Of a stretch of 64,000 bases of DNA, positions 21,539 through 33,116 are shown in pieces. The translations under genes and the position numbers were made by a program. Origin of the DNA: Tortispora ganteri (Eukaryota); contig PPNB01000004.1 of NCBI GenBank assembly GCA_003707115.1, forward strand, positions 372,001-436,000, given 5' to 3'. Numbering within the stretch: position 1 is the stretch's first letter; each line of letters starts with the position of its first letter. The notes below the pieces were generated by a model. That model saw only the letters and a program-made list of their open reading frames with translations, did no database searches and was not told the origin of the DNA.

Positions 21539-22273
21539 ATGAGAAAGCGTATAATATTGCTAAAGAGTAAACCAAATGGCGAATTAGACCCTTATGCATT
21601 ACTCGAACCTCATTATATTAGTGTTTTGAAAACATATAATCTGAATGCGGACCGATTACATGAAGTACTAGACTACAATTCATTCATTTTCACTTCAGCC
21701 AGAGCCGTAGAAGCACTGAAAGGATCAAATGTTATTAATCACCTTATTTCAAAACCCGTATACGTTGTAGGCCAGCATACTGCTAGTGCGTTACGCAAAA
21801 TTGGCCATAATGATATTCGCGGTGAGGAGTCGGGCCGAGGTGAGGCGTTGGCATCTATAATAACAGATCACTATAAGGAGGGGAAAGTGCATGGACCAAT
21901 GATGTTCCTTAGTGCAGAGACCACTGCATACGATTTAGCTGGGCGATTGTGCAGTGAAGGAATAGAAACAATGAAACTCATAGTATATAAGACTGAGCCG
22001 GATCCACAATCGGCAAGTATGCTCTCTGAACATCTAAATCTGTACCCGGACGAAAAAATGATTTTGATAGTATTCTCACCTTCTGGAGTTTCTAATTGTA
22101 TTCCTGTAATAAAAGCTCATAGCGACAGACTGCATATTGCATGCATTGGTCCATCAACCGAGAAGGCATTACTAGCACACGGTCTTTCCGTCGAAGCGAC
22201 CGCAGAGTCTCCAGATCCTGAAGGAATGACCGCAGCGCTGCGACAGAAAAGTCTTCTTACGGAAATAGATTAA
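21539..22273 (+). CDS. HEM4: Uroporphyrinogen-III synthase
   Basis: IFTSARAVEA, YVVGQHTA, VFSPSG, CIGPST. Confidence 0.9.
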   Translation: MRKRIILLKSKPNGELDPYALLEPHYISVLKTYNLNADRLHEVLDYNSFIFTSARAVEALKGSNVINHLISKPVYVVGQHTASALRKIGHNDIRGEESGRGEALASIITDHYKEGKVHGPMMFLSAETTAYDLAGRLCSEGIETMKLIVYKTEPDPQSASMLSEHLNLYPDEKMILIVFSPSGVSNCIPVIKAHSDRLHIACIGPSTEKALLAHGLSVEATAESPDPEGMTAALRQKSLLTEID

Positions 22274-22317
22274 TTTAGATGAGTAAATATTAATAATATA
22301 CTATGTGTTCATGAATG

Positions 22318-22345
22318 CGTATGCAAAAATACGCTTTTGCATACG
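22318..22345. repeat. Perfect 11-bp inverted repeat between the convergent HEM4 and PHO84 3' ends
   Basis: CGTATGCAAAA-atacgc-TTTTGCATACG. Confidence 0.6.
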
Positions 22346-22450
22346 TTATTGTGTAATATATAAATTTGTTACAGTCGGGTAGGAAAACCTCAGCAACAAA
22401 GCATTGTCCGGAATTCATTGTTATCTTTTTCGTCAAAACTAAACTGTTAA

Positions 22451-24169
22451 TTATTCTTCATCAGAGACTTTATCCTGTACTGCTGTTCGACGCGTAGGAT
22501 CTACTTCGCCATGTACTGTTTCGCAGATCTCTTCAAGTGTTCGGCGCTTCGTTTCGACAATACAAAGAGAAGTAAATACACCAAGCAACATAAAGAGAGC
22601 GAAAATTTCCATAACATGATCGAGCCAACATGAATTGTTACTAGCAGGACATCCATGACCTTTGAGAGGGCCAATAAGGACTTGAGCGATAATGGCACCG
22701 ATCTTACCGGAAGCAGCAGAAATTCCATGGGCAGTAGATCTGTAGCGAGTAGGATAAGTTTCACCAGGAACAATGAATGTAGTGGAGTTTGGTCCCCAAT
22801 TGAAGAAAAGTTGACAAAGTACGTAGAGTGCAAGAAGACCTCCGTCGTTCAACTTGTGATACGCAAAACCGATAATGCAGAATAGAATAGTGAGAATCAA
22901 GAAACCAATAGTTTGTAGAGGCTTACGGCCAACTGTATCAATAGTAGCCACAGAAAGCCAGTAGCCAGGAATAGCGCCAGCACATACCAAGATAATGTTA
23001 CCCACACAAACATTATGCAAGTTTGTGTAGACATTAGGTTGACCAGCATATCCAATAGCAGCAAGAATAGTAGAGTTGTTCAAACCGAGACCATAGAAGG
23101 CGACATCCAAGAGGAACCAGGAACCAGCAGTACCAATAAGAAGTCTGCCGTGCTTCCATTGTTTAAAGTGGCTATAGAAGTCTCTCAAAGAGGCCTTAGG
23201 AGCAACCACTTCAAGTTCATCACCGGTAGAAGACTTGATACGGACGATAGCGTCCTCACCAGTGCCAACAGAAGCTTCAATTTGAGCGGCAATTTCCTGA
23301 GCAGTAGCATCACCGTATTTGTTAGCAAGGTATTTCTTAATATCAGCATCAGCCTTTTCGACATCGTGAGAAACATCGAATGTATATCGAGGAGTTTCAG
23401 GCATAGTAAGACGATAGTAGAGACCGACACAAGCAGGGACAGCACCCATACCGATAACGATACGCCACATCTGATCTGTGGCTTTAGCACATTCACCGAC
23501 ACATTCAGCAGCGGAATCATATTTCTCAAGAACACTTTTCCAGCCGGCAGTACAAACGACACCAATTATAGCAGCGGCTAATTGGCCCCAACCCTGGTTG
23601 GCAAACACAGCACCCATCATCGCACCTCTGAACTTAGTAGTAGCAAACTCGGAGGTAATAATAGAAGAGAGCGGATAGTCACCACCGATACCAATACCCA
23701 TAATCACACGCCAGAAAATAATGACACCGACGAATGAGAGGCCATCGGCCTTGCCCGCGATAGCTTGGCCAAGGGTGCCGGCAATGATGATCATTAATTC
23801 GATACCGTAAACACGTTTACGACCGAGAACATCAGCGATCCATCCAAAGAATAATTGTCCAATAACAGTTCCACCTGAGGTAGAAACCTTGATAGCGGTA
23901 TCAGTGCTGCTGGGCAAGGAGGAAGATTGATAGAAGGAGTAGGCCATCATGACCACAGCGATATTGATAGCGAAGATATCGTAAGCATCCGTAAAGAAAC
24001 CAACACCTGCAACAGCTATAGCGCGAACATGGTACCATCCGAATTTAGCATTGTCGATCTTCTCAAGAGCTAAACGGCGACGCTCAATGGGATCAGATAT
24101 GTGAGCGAAATCGTTGACAGTGTTATGAAACGCAGCGTTACCGCCGGTAGTGCGATTTATACCACCCAT
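22451..24169 (-). CDS. PHO84: High-affinity phosphate:H+ symporter (MFS)
   Basis: GVGFFTDAYDIF, GGDYPLSS, WFLLDVAFYGLGLN, GPNSTTFIVPGE. Confidence 0.96.
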   Translation of the reverse strand: MGGINRTTGGNAAFHNTVNDFAHISDPIERRRLALEKIDNAKFGWYHVRAIAVAGVGFFTDAYDIFAINIAVVMMAYSFYQSSSLPSSTDTAIKVSTSGGTVIGQLFFGWIADVLGRKRVYGIELMIIIAGTLGQAIAGKADGLSFVGVIIFWRVIMGIGIGGDYPLSSIITSEFATTKFRGAMMGAVFANQGWGQLAAAIIGVVCTAGWKSVLEKYDSAAECVGECAKATDQMWRIVIGMGAVPACVGLYYRLTMPETPRYTFDVSHDVEKADADIKKYLANKYGDATAQEIAAQIEASVGTGEDAIVRIKSSTGDELEVVAPKASLRDFYSHFKQWKHGRLLIGTAGSWFLLDVAFYGLGLNNSTILAAIGYAGQPNVYTNLHNVCVGNIILVCAGAIPGYWLSVATIDTVGRKPLQTIGFLILTILFCIIGFAYHKLNDGGLLALYVLCQLFFNWGPNSTTFIVPGETYPTRYRSTAHGISAASGKIGAIIAQVLIGPLKGHGCPASNNSCWLDHVMEIFALFMLLGVFTSLCIVETKRRTLEEICETVHGEVDPTRRTAVQDKVSDEE

Positions 24170-24402
24170 GCGTTTTATACAGAGTGATCTAGAGAAATAT
24201 TAAACCGTTAAAAGTTCTCAGTAGGTAAGAAGAAATTGAAACGGGCGAAAATACTCTATCTTATATAAGAGGAGAATATTTAATGAGTTTACGAAAGTAA
24301 TACCTAAGGACTACGGTGCCTTCATTTTTTTGGGTCTTTTTTTAAAATAAAGTTTTCGTATAAGGTTATTTAGGAGCGACCAGTTATAAATTTGGCCAAT
24401 GC

Positions 24403-25244
24403 AACGTGCTTATACAACACCTCCAAACTCTAAAAATTGTTCGATTTGCTTACTGATACCGCCAAGAAGGAGATGAAAGGGATAGGAAAGTATGTACGAG
24501 AAATACCTAAAAACTTACTGATATCAGTATCAAAAATCTTTAAAAATATACCAATTTTCGGCACATGTTGACGCCTGTATTGCGAAAAAAAAAAGTGATA
24601 AAGATCTCGGCTTGTCGCATTATCGCGGATAAGAAATATAGTTATTAATTACGGCAAAGGGTATATGGCATTAGTACAGCCGACTTGATGCACGTTGTGC
24701 GATTCTGGCCTTCCTATTGGCTTAAAAACTTGTCTCACAAAAAAGTGTTTCCCAAGTTCGCGTAAGTGGATTAAGGTTTAATTTATACCTGTAAGATTTC
24801 TACAGTAGAGTTGCAAATGACATTGATTAGCATTAGATGTATTCGTTATTAGCCGTACCAACTTCAGAGAAGATGTCAGTGTATTAAAGCAGCTAGAATG
24901 TCTTGGCAGTGTATAGACTATAATTCTGTTTCAGCTATAGATATGAACGCAGTGAAGAGCAGAAGGCTGTATGTTACGGTTCGAGAGTGAATCATCGGCT
25001 GCTTCATCCTATACTCACCTCAAGTCATTCCCGAAGATTGCGATAACTCGCAGTGTGATGAATACGCATGCGTTTTGCAAAAAATAACTGGAGTATTAAA
25101 CTTTGAAATAGGCTTATTCCGCGTTCGAGAACTCTAGGCATGCCTTGGCATGATGTCGCTATTGGCTATATTAACGCCTGATTTTGACTGACACCTAGTG
25201 TTGTAGACTGCAACCCACTCTTCAGCACTTGCACAGCACACGTG
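24403..25244. promoter_or_regulatory. Candidate Pho4-type E-boxes upstream of PHO84
   Basis: CACGTT at 24403-24408 (minus) and 24691-24696, both in a GCACGTTG context; CACGTG at 25239-25244. Confidence 0.55.
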
Positions 25245-25361
25245 TGAAGTCGGGCAGTATTCACTAGGTAACTGTTAATGAATGGATATCTTTTAAAATG
25301 CTAAATGAGGGGAGGTACGGATGTATGGAAGTCAGCTTGCAATCTTCTAACATAGTTTCCG

Positions 25362-26474
<1,113 letters not shown>

Positions 26475-26984
26475 CTATAGCTGCTTCTTGCGTTAAGGAA
26501 GAAGGAACAGATGCAACACTACCGTAGACTCTCTATTCTTCGTTCTTTATATAAAAGAATGAAGGGATAGAAAATGCCCGTTTGAAACGAAATTAAAGTT
26601 TACAAGATATTTAAGGTTTTGAATCAAGAACATCAAAAGAGCCGGCCATCGTTTGTTTTGCTATATGTTTTTTATACTAATAATACTCGTAATTGTAGCC
26701 TTAATCGACTATCAGCACAGTTTCTAACACAGAAAGCATTATAATCTGTATATTAGCATCAATACGAGATCAGATCTGAAAGTATTCATTAGCTATTACC
26801 GGAAACTTTAATTTCGTCAAAGAGAAAGAGAGTAAGCGTAAAAGGAAAACGCATATGAGCGAATGTCTTTTCCTTCCTTATTACTCCGGTTTCAAGTAAC
26901 TGAATTCGACCAAAAACCAAAAATAAAAAAAAGATACCGCTAAAATCGCGCCCAACCTAACATTCTTGAACAACACTGTCGAGT

Positions 26985-29873
26985 TCAAGCAGAAATGTTG
27001 GAACGGATGCCATTCAAAAATTGAACATAGGACTTAGAGTAATTATCCATTTGATCTTCCACCAGCATACTAGCAAACCACTGTCGCAACGACGGTTCAC
27101 TAGTCTCAGGAATAATGTATAAATTAGGGTATGTAATAGATCCAGGTCTGTCGCGCAGCTTGTCCATGATAGCATGAATGCGAGGGTTTAGTCCATTCTC
27201 AATCCTCTGGAGCGTGGCTTTACCTGCAGGTACCTCTTCTATAGTGGAGACGCCAAAAGTATGCTCTAATAGCATGGAAATCGCACCCCGGCAAACGTAA
27301 AGCAAAAAGGTTTCTCCGTTATAAAGCAAATACAATCCATGTGCAACCAGGGACTGTCCAGACAAATTTAAACGTGGAGGCAATACGATATGCCCCGTTT
27401 CTCCATCAGGAAGGCCAGCATCATCAGGCATGTCATGTAATCCATATAGCTCTGGATATATGTACTGCATCAGGTAAGGCGGGGGAAGCGTAGTGAGTAA
27501 TGCAATAGCATGCGATCGAATATCACTGCGTATTTTAGTCCCTTTCCGGAGTGCAGGATGTTTCTGCAACGCGAGAATTAAAGCAGGTAGAATTCTTAGA
27601 TTGGCAGAAATATGCAGGGGGTTTCCCATACCCACGTTGGAAGCAGACACTTCTTTTTTATAAACTTGCAACATCTCTGTAAGGCTCTTCAGCAGATATT
27701 GACGACCGTCATCGATATTGCCATACAGAGCCTTTTCACATGCTTTATGTGAAAAGTAGGCGGCACATGCGACTGGATCAGCACTAGCAAAAAGATCACT
27801 GGCTTTACTGCTAATTGGCAGGCACACAGTAATAGTACGAATTCGTCGTTCGCCAAAGCAGGACGTGCCTAAGATTGCAACCTGGAATGCCATAGATTTG
27901 CGCCCAATAGTGTCGTCAATCTTGACTTCCACCATGTATGATTGGTCTCGGGGAAGCGCGGGTAATGCCATAAGATCACTGCTGCGATTGAAAAAATTTC
28001 CGTAAAAGACATTGGCTTGTACACCAGATGTCGCACGAACACGCATGACAGTTTCGAAGCCGATTTCGGTACCAAGGTACTTGCTCAGTTCGTATCCAAG
28101 TTTCATAGAGTCCTCATGTCTAGTGCTCTTCCAGGAAGGATAGAAATAAGTTTGTCCGGCAGTAAATCTTGGCAAATCGGATAAGGAAGCGACGTCTTGA
28201 TAGTCACCAGAGAATAAGAACATGTCAACAGAAACCTGATCCTTTGCACATTCCATAGCCATAGTGCGGTAAAACTTGTTATTTGATTGAAGCAGAGTAC
28301 CTTCTCTAGGAGTATTAAGTAAACTTTGTTCATCTCTTTTTGGAAGTGCACCTACACCACTATCAGGACGGCTAGCCATGAAGCAAGTGATTTTTCCTCC
28401 AACTGAATGGATGAGATTATGTGCAGCTTTTATTCCTAAACCCATTGTGTTTTTCATCTCTTTAGGGTTTTGGAACATATTTCCTAAATTCGATAATAGG
28501 TTATCAATGGATTGACGGTGATCTTTCAGAGTCACAAGCAAGCCATCGGCGGATGGTACAAACACATCATCCGTATCGCCAACTACAAACATTTCCAGTT
28601 GGTCGGAGGAAAGTTCTTCGGTGTCCCCTTGATCAGAATCGGCAATAGAAGAATCTGAAGGTAGCTTGAAATAATGAAGGTTGCTGTCAACACACAGAAA
28701 GGCCACTCGAGTTCTACCGTCACGGTTAGGGATGCGGTCCAAGTTCTCACGAATAATATGGGCTACAGCAGCAACCATACCAGATTCGACAGCAGGAAAC
28801 GAGACATCAATAACAAAAGCATAAACAACAGGCATGGGAGGACGCGCCATGTATTCTGGAGAAGCTAAGAAATCCACCACACCGTAATTCAGTTCGGCAC
28901 GATCGTATCTATTAGCAGATACATTTTTGATAGTATCAAAATCTAAGCCTTGAGGTACATCGTTAGCTAAATGACACATTGCACATCGATAGCGGGAGCC
29001 ATTATCAATGAATGTAACAAAAGGGTTTATGTACGTGCGGCATCGGCGGCATCGAGCTACGACGCCGTCGGAAACCAACGGAATTCGTTCGTCTTCATCA
29101 TGGAGATGAGTGAAGGGGCGAATGATAAGAGCAAACGGAAGCTTGGAGCGTTTCAGCAGCGAAGGGTTGCTCGGCGCGACATTCATAGTAGAGCGAATAT
29201 AGTCTGGCGACGCGTTTGCAAACTCTGCAGATTCTATGACCTTAGTATCAGGAGGAAGGATTATAGGAGGAGGAGGGTTAGTGATATCATTAGGGTCCAC
29301 TTTTGATGTTTTGTCAAGCAGGTCGACGTTTTGGAGATGATTGTAGGCAGTCGCAGGTTGACTGTTATACCCGTGGTATGCTGAGTTCTGATAGCCTTGG
29401 CTGGGGTCCACGGCAGGCTGTCCGGGCAATTGAGGCATCTGCGGAGTCAGAGGGATTTTTGGGACAGGCGGACCCGGCTGGACCTGTGGTGGGAGACTGT
29501 TATCAACTGAAGGATACATATTAGGCTGTTGTGGATAAGCCTGAGCTTGGGGAGGAACAGGGATTCCAACCGAGGGAATACGAGTATCATGTTGCGGATA
29601 CTGTTGCGGATACTGTTGCGGGTAGCCTTGGTACTGTTGCTGATTGTTTATGTTCATTTGAGCAAACTGGTTGTTCATTGTATCCATGGGCGCAGACGGG
29701 ATGGAAGCATTGAAGGGTTGTTGGTTGTATGTTTGATCAGGTTGCAGTGCAGACGGAGCCTGATTAGTGGAGAAATCGTGAGCAATATATTGACGACGAG
29801 GTTTCCTGTACGAAGCAGTCTGCTGCTGCGTTTGCGTCGGCATTTGCTGATCGGGGGGAGGGTACTGCGACAT
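26985..29873 (-). CDS. SEC24: COPII cargo adaptor Sec24
   Basis: Pro/Gln-rich N-terminus, zinc finger RCRRCRTYINPF...CAMC, vWA trunk, GERRIR, gelsolin-like C-terminus. Confidence 0.95.
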   Translation of the reverse strand: MSQYPPPDQQMPTQTQQQTASYRKPRRQYIAHDFSTNQAPSALQPDQTYNQQPFNASIPSAPMDTMNNQFAQMNINNQQQYQGYPQQYPQQYPQHDTRIPSVGIPVPPQAQAYPQQPNMYPSVDNSLPPQVQPGPPVPKIPLTPQMPQLPGQPAVDPSQGYQNSAYHGYNSQPATAYNHLQNVDLLDKTSKVDPNDITNPPPPIILPPDTKVIESAEFANASPDYIRSTMNVAPSNPSLLKRSKLPFALIIRPFTHLHDEDERIPLVSDGVVARCRRCRTYINPFVTFIDNGSRYRCAMCHLANDVPQGLDFDTIKNVSANRYDRAELNYGVVDFLASPEYMARPPMPVVYAFVIDVSFPAVESGMVAAVAHIIRENLDRIPNRDGRTRVAFLCVDSNLHYFKLPSDSSIADSDQGDTEELSSDQLEMFVVGDTDDVFVPSADGLLVTLKDHRQSIDNLLSNLGNMFQNPKEMKNTMGLGIKAAHNLIHSVGGKITCFMASRPDSGVGALPKRDEQSLLNTPREGTLLQSNNKFYRTMAMECAKDQVSVDMFLFSGDYQDVASLSDLPRFTAGQTYFYPSWKSTRHEDSMKLGYELSKYLGTEIGFETVMRVRATSGVQANVFYGNFFNRSSDLMALPALPRDQSYMVEVKIDDTIGRKSMAFQVAILGTSCFGERRIRTITVCLPISSKASDLFASADPVACAAYFSHKACEKALYGNIDDGRQYLLKSLTEMLQVYKKEVSASNVGMGNPLHISANLRILPALILALQKHPALRKGTKIRSDIRSHAIALLTTLPPPYLMQYIYPELYGLHDMPDDAGLPDGETGHIVLPPRLNLSGQSLVAHGLYLLYNGETFLLYVCRGAISMLLEHTFGVSTIEEVPAGKATLQRIENGLNPRIHAIMDKLRDRPGSITYPNLYIIPETSEPSLRQWFASMLVEDQMDNYSKSYVQFLNGIRSNISA

Positions 29874-30676
29874 AATGTTTCTGAGAGAATAGACTCGAAG
29901 AAAACGAAGAAAAAACGCGAGGTTACACGGAGACTTTCAGGAGACAGAACGGAGAGAGTTCAATTGAAAATTGCGTGTATATATACACAAGTAAATAAAG
30001 CACAATGAGCTATACAGAACTAGCAAAAGGAAATACTTCTTATGCTATTTATGTCTTTTGTTAATTATTTAACCCCCTTGGTGTGTGAGTGTTGTGTGTA
30101 TTTGTTGCAAAGTGGTGAGCTGGCTGCAAAGCAAGGTGGTTACGAACCCCAACCCTTAAAGATGTTCTTTAACTATGGTCGGTTGCTATGCAGTTTGGTT
30201 TGGTTCTTCGAATAGGAGAATCTGCGACTACCAATTATTCATTGTATATTATCAAAGAGTTTACTTTATTTTTATTATACATACCGAGACTAGTTTTTGG
30301 AAATCAATTGCAAGGCGTTACAGAGAAAGAGGCAATGTGGTGGGGACTGCTGTTGATGTTTGTCCATGAAAATCCGTTGAACTGGGCTATTTAAGTGAAT
30401 AGTCTTAGCACAAGCCAAACTTCAAGACTGATTAGATTCTAAAAGACTAAAAAGAAACAGATATGGAATTTATTGTTTGATTTTTTACTTGTTTAAGCAA
30501 TATCGAGCCTACATTAGTCTATAAGATACCGTGTCATAGTAGTTAACTCAATGTTCGCGATGCTTTATTGGGCAGCTCTCAAAATAGAGTTGCAGTTATA
30601 TTCGAAAACTAGTATATATTGTGCTCACTGGCGGGGATTATGTAATAAGATTGTACATAGCTATTTATAATTAACA

Positions 30677-31243
30677 ATGACTGATCTATTATTCACTGAC
30701 GCTGAACAAGAAGATCATGTTATAAAACAGGACAGTTCTAACTCTACTGCTGGCAATTCTGGTACTATATCAACTAAAGATAAACCGAAGAATATAATTC
30801 TTGGTAAAGATGGCAAACCATGTCGTGCCTGTAATACGCTACAGGATTTCCTGGGGACTCAGCCTGAGAGAAAGAACAATATTTCTCCGAAAAATGAGAA
30901 GGTCCAATCCCAGTGTCCACCTGATGTGGAAGAGCTAGGAAGGTCGACATGGACATTTCTGCACTCGATGGCGGCCTATTACCCGGATAGACCTACTGCT
31001 GTGGAGCAGATCGAAACTGCACAGTTTATCAGAACTTTTGCTAAACTGTATCCTTGTTGGTCATGCGCAGAAGATTTTAGAAAATACATAGCGAAACCGG
31101 AAAACACTCCTAGAGTTTCTTCACGGGAGGCGCTTTCGCGATGGGTTTGTAGCGCACACAACGAGGTCAACAGAAAGCTCGGCAAGAAGGAGTTTAACTG
31201 CGACCTTTGGAAGAAGCGATGGCTTGAGAATGATGACTGCTAG
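30677..31243 (+). CDS. ERV1: Mitochondrial FAD-linked sulfhydryl oxidase
   Basis: KPCRAC shuttle motif, PPDVEELGRSTW, YPCWSCA, CSAHNEVN. Confidence 0.94.
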   Translation: MTDLLFTDAEQEDHVIKQDSSNSTAGNSGTISTKDKPKNIILGKDGKPCRACNTLQDFLGTQPERKNNISPKNEKVQSQCPPDVEELGRSTWTFLHSMAAYYPDRPTAVEQIETAQFIRTFAKLYPCWSCAEDFRKYIAKPENTPRVSSREALSRWVCSAHNEVNRKLGKKEFNCDLWKKRWLENDDC

Positions 31244-31482
31244 ACAACACATATACCTATTGAATGGTGATACAACTGCCCGTCTTCGTCCCTCTTCTCC
31301 GCGTCTAAATCCGCCCCTACTGTATATACTGCATCTCGCGACCACACACCGGCCCGTGCTACCCTAGTAATAATGAGCGCACCTCCTCTATATATTACAC
31401 GCGTCACGCATCTGATTATTACTCAAATTTCCCATTTAGCCAAATACCTTTGGTCCAAGTTGATTGGTTTCAATTCTTATAT

Positions 31483-31492
31483 GTCACGTGAC
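31483..31492. promoter_or_regulatory. Palindromic GTCACGTGAC (Cbf1-type bHLH site) upstream of COQ1
   Basis: Perfect 10-bp palindrome about 200 bp upstream of the ATG, with a reverse CCAAT box about 20 bp away. Confidence 0.5.
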
Positions 31493-31687
31493 TTTGGAGC
31501 TCGGGCACTCGGCCCTCGACTTGCACGAACCGAAATTGGACATCACCTATTTTTTTTCTATTACTACTGCCTTAGCTGATTGGCTAGGCACCCCCAAAAC
31601 ACTAGAGTCTCAATAAATATAGGATCTGAGCACACTTATAATAGTGTAGTTTACTTTATTTATTTATTTTTTGACATAACTAGCGGC

Positions 31688-33019
31688 ATGTGGTCTACCT
31701 TACGGCGCACAGCACTATGTTCATTTCATTCATTTCACTCATCCAGTGCACGCCGTGGCCAGTCATGGACGCAGACAATTAACCAGGCCCAAAAACTGAC
31801 ATCTCCAGCTGCGACACACGAATCATCTTCCACATCGCCATTTGTCGCAATGGATCCGCTAGGTATCGTTGCAGATGAAATGGGAAATTTAATGAGTAAC
31901 ATCCGCACTCTTTTAGGCAGTTCGCATCCTTCGCTGCAGACCATCGCTAAATATTACGTCGAAGACGAAGGCAAACATATTAGACCTCTTATCGTGCTGC
32001 TTATGTCTAAGGCTCTCACTGATGCACCCAAACGCAACCACAATGATCAACCTTCAGGAGCCTGGCTGCATGTGGACTTCAATCTGTCCCCCCTTGGGGT
32101 ACTCAAAGACTGGAATCCTCTCACTATGATGAGATCCGCTGATAAAGCAGACCCTGTACCAAGCGATGGTGTTTTGCCGTCTCAGAGACGACTCGCTGAA
32201 ATTACAGAAATGATTCATGCTGCCTCACTACTGCATGACGATGTTATAGATCATGCCGATTCTCGACGGGGGAAACCATCAGGCAATTCCGCTTTTGGTA
32301 ACAAACTGGCCATTTTGGCCGGTGATTTCATGCTCGGTAGAGCTTCGGTATCTCTGGCGCGCCTTCGAAACGCAGAAGTGATCGAGTTAATGGCATCTGT
32401 CATCGCCAATCTAGTGGAAGGTGAAATAATGCAACTCCGCAACACATCTAGTACATACGAGCCAGTCTCTAATGACGACTCTGCACTGAGCATAAACTCG
32501 AAGACCGGTAGTACCCCGGAAATCCAGGCAGCCTTTGAGTATTACATGCATAAAACTTATTTGAAAACCGCATCACTTATATCTAAGTCTTGCAGATCCG
32601 CTGCCGTTCTTGCAGACGTCAGTCAGAATCTCATAGATGACGCCTATACTTATGGACAGAGTATCGGGCTGGCTTTTCAACTTGTCGACGACATGCTCGA
32701 TTTTGTCGGCTCGGAAAAGGATCTCGGAAAACCCGCAGACGGTGCAGATCTTAAACTTGGTCTCGCAACAGCGCCCGTCCTTTTTGCATGGGAAGCAAAC
32801 CCTGAGCTTGGATCTTTAATACAAAGAAAGTTCTCTCAACCTGGTGACGTTGCACTTGCCAGGAGACTGGTTATTGAATCTGGAAGTATTGATAAAACTC
32901 GAGATCTAGCACAACAATATTCAGATCGTGCAAGGGCAGCTCTTGATTCTTTTCCAGAATCTGCTGCTAAAGACACTCTTGCTTCTCTCACCACAACGGT
33001 ACTAAATCGCAAACGATAG
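31688..33019 (+). CDS. COQ1: Trans-polyprenyl diphosphate synthase for ubiquinone
   Basis: ATG at 31688 with a mitochondrial presequence. GKHIRP, LHDDVID, FQLVDDMLD. Confidence 0.94.
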   Translation: MWSTLRRTALCSFHSFHSSSARRGQSWTQTINQAQKLTSPAATHESSSTSPFVAMDPLGIVADEMGNLMSNIRTLLGSSHPSLQTIAKYYVEDEGKHIRPLIVLLMSKALTDAPKRNHNDQPSGAWLHVDFNLSPLGVLKDWNPLTMMRSADKADPVPSDGVLPSQRRLAEITEMIHAASLLHDDVIDHADSRRGKPSGNSAFGNKLAILAGDFMLGRASVSLARLRNAEVIELMASVIANLVEGEIMQLRNTSSTYEPVSNDDSALSINSKTGSTPEIQAAFEYYMHKTYLKTASLISKSCRSAAVLADVSQNLIDDAYTYGQSIGLAFQLVDDMLDFVGSEKDLGKPADGADLKLGLATAPVLFAWEANPELGSLIQRKFSQPGDVALARRLVIESGSIDKTRDLAQQYSDRARAALDSFPESAAKDTLASLTTTVLNRKR

Positions 33020-33116
33020 GCACTTTATTACTTTCGTTTAATTGTGTAAATATACGAATCACATCCTTTTTTACTCGTTTATTATCGTAAAATTTTCATA
33101 AAGGATTCTAAAAAGA

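Noticed and set aside
25055..25191. GTGATGA...CTGA candidate C/D snoRNA between PHO84 and the MAPK
   Set aside because: No k-turn closing stem and no identifiable rRNA complement. It cannot be supported without snoscan.
31580..31687. N-terminal extension of the COQ1 ORF from a TTG
   Set aside because: The AT-rich sequence looks like UTR, and the ATG at 31688 starts a typical mitochondrial presequence.
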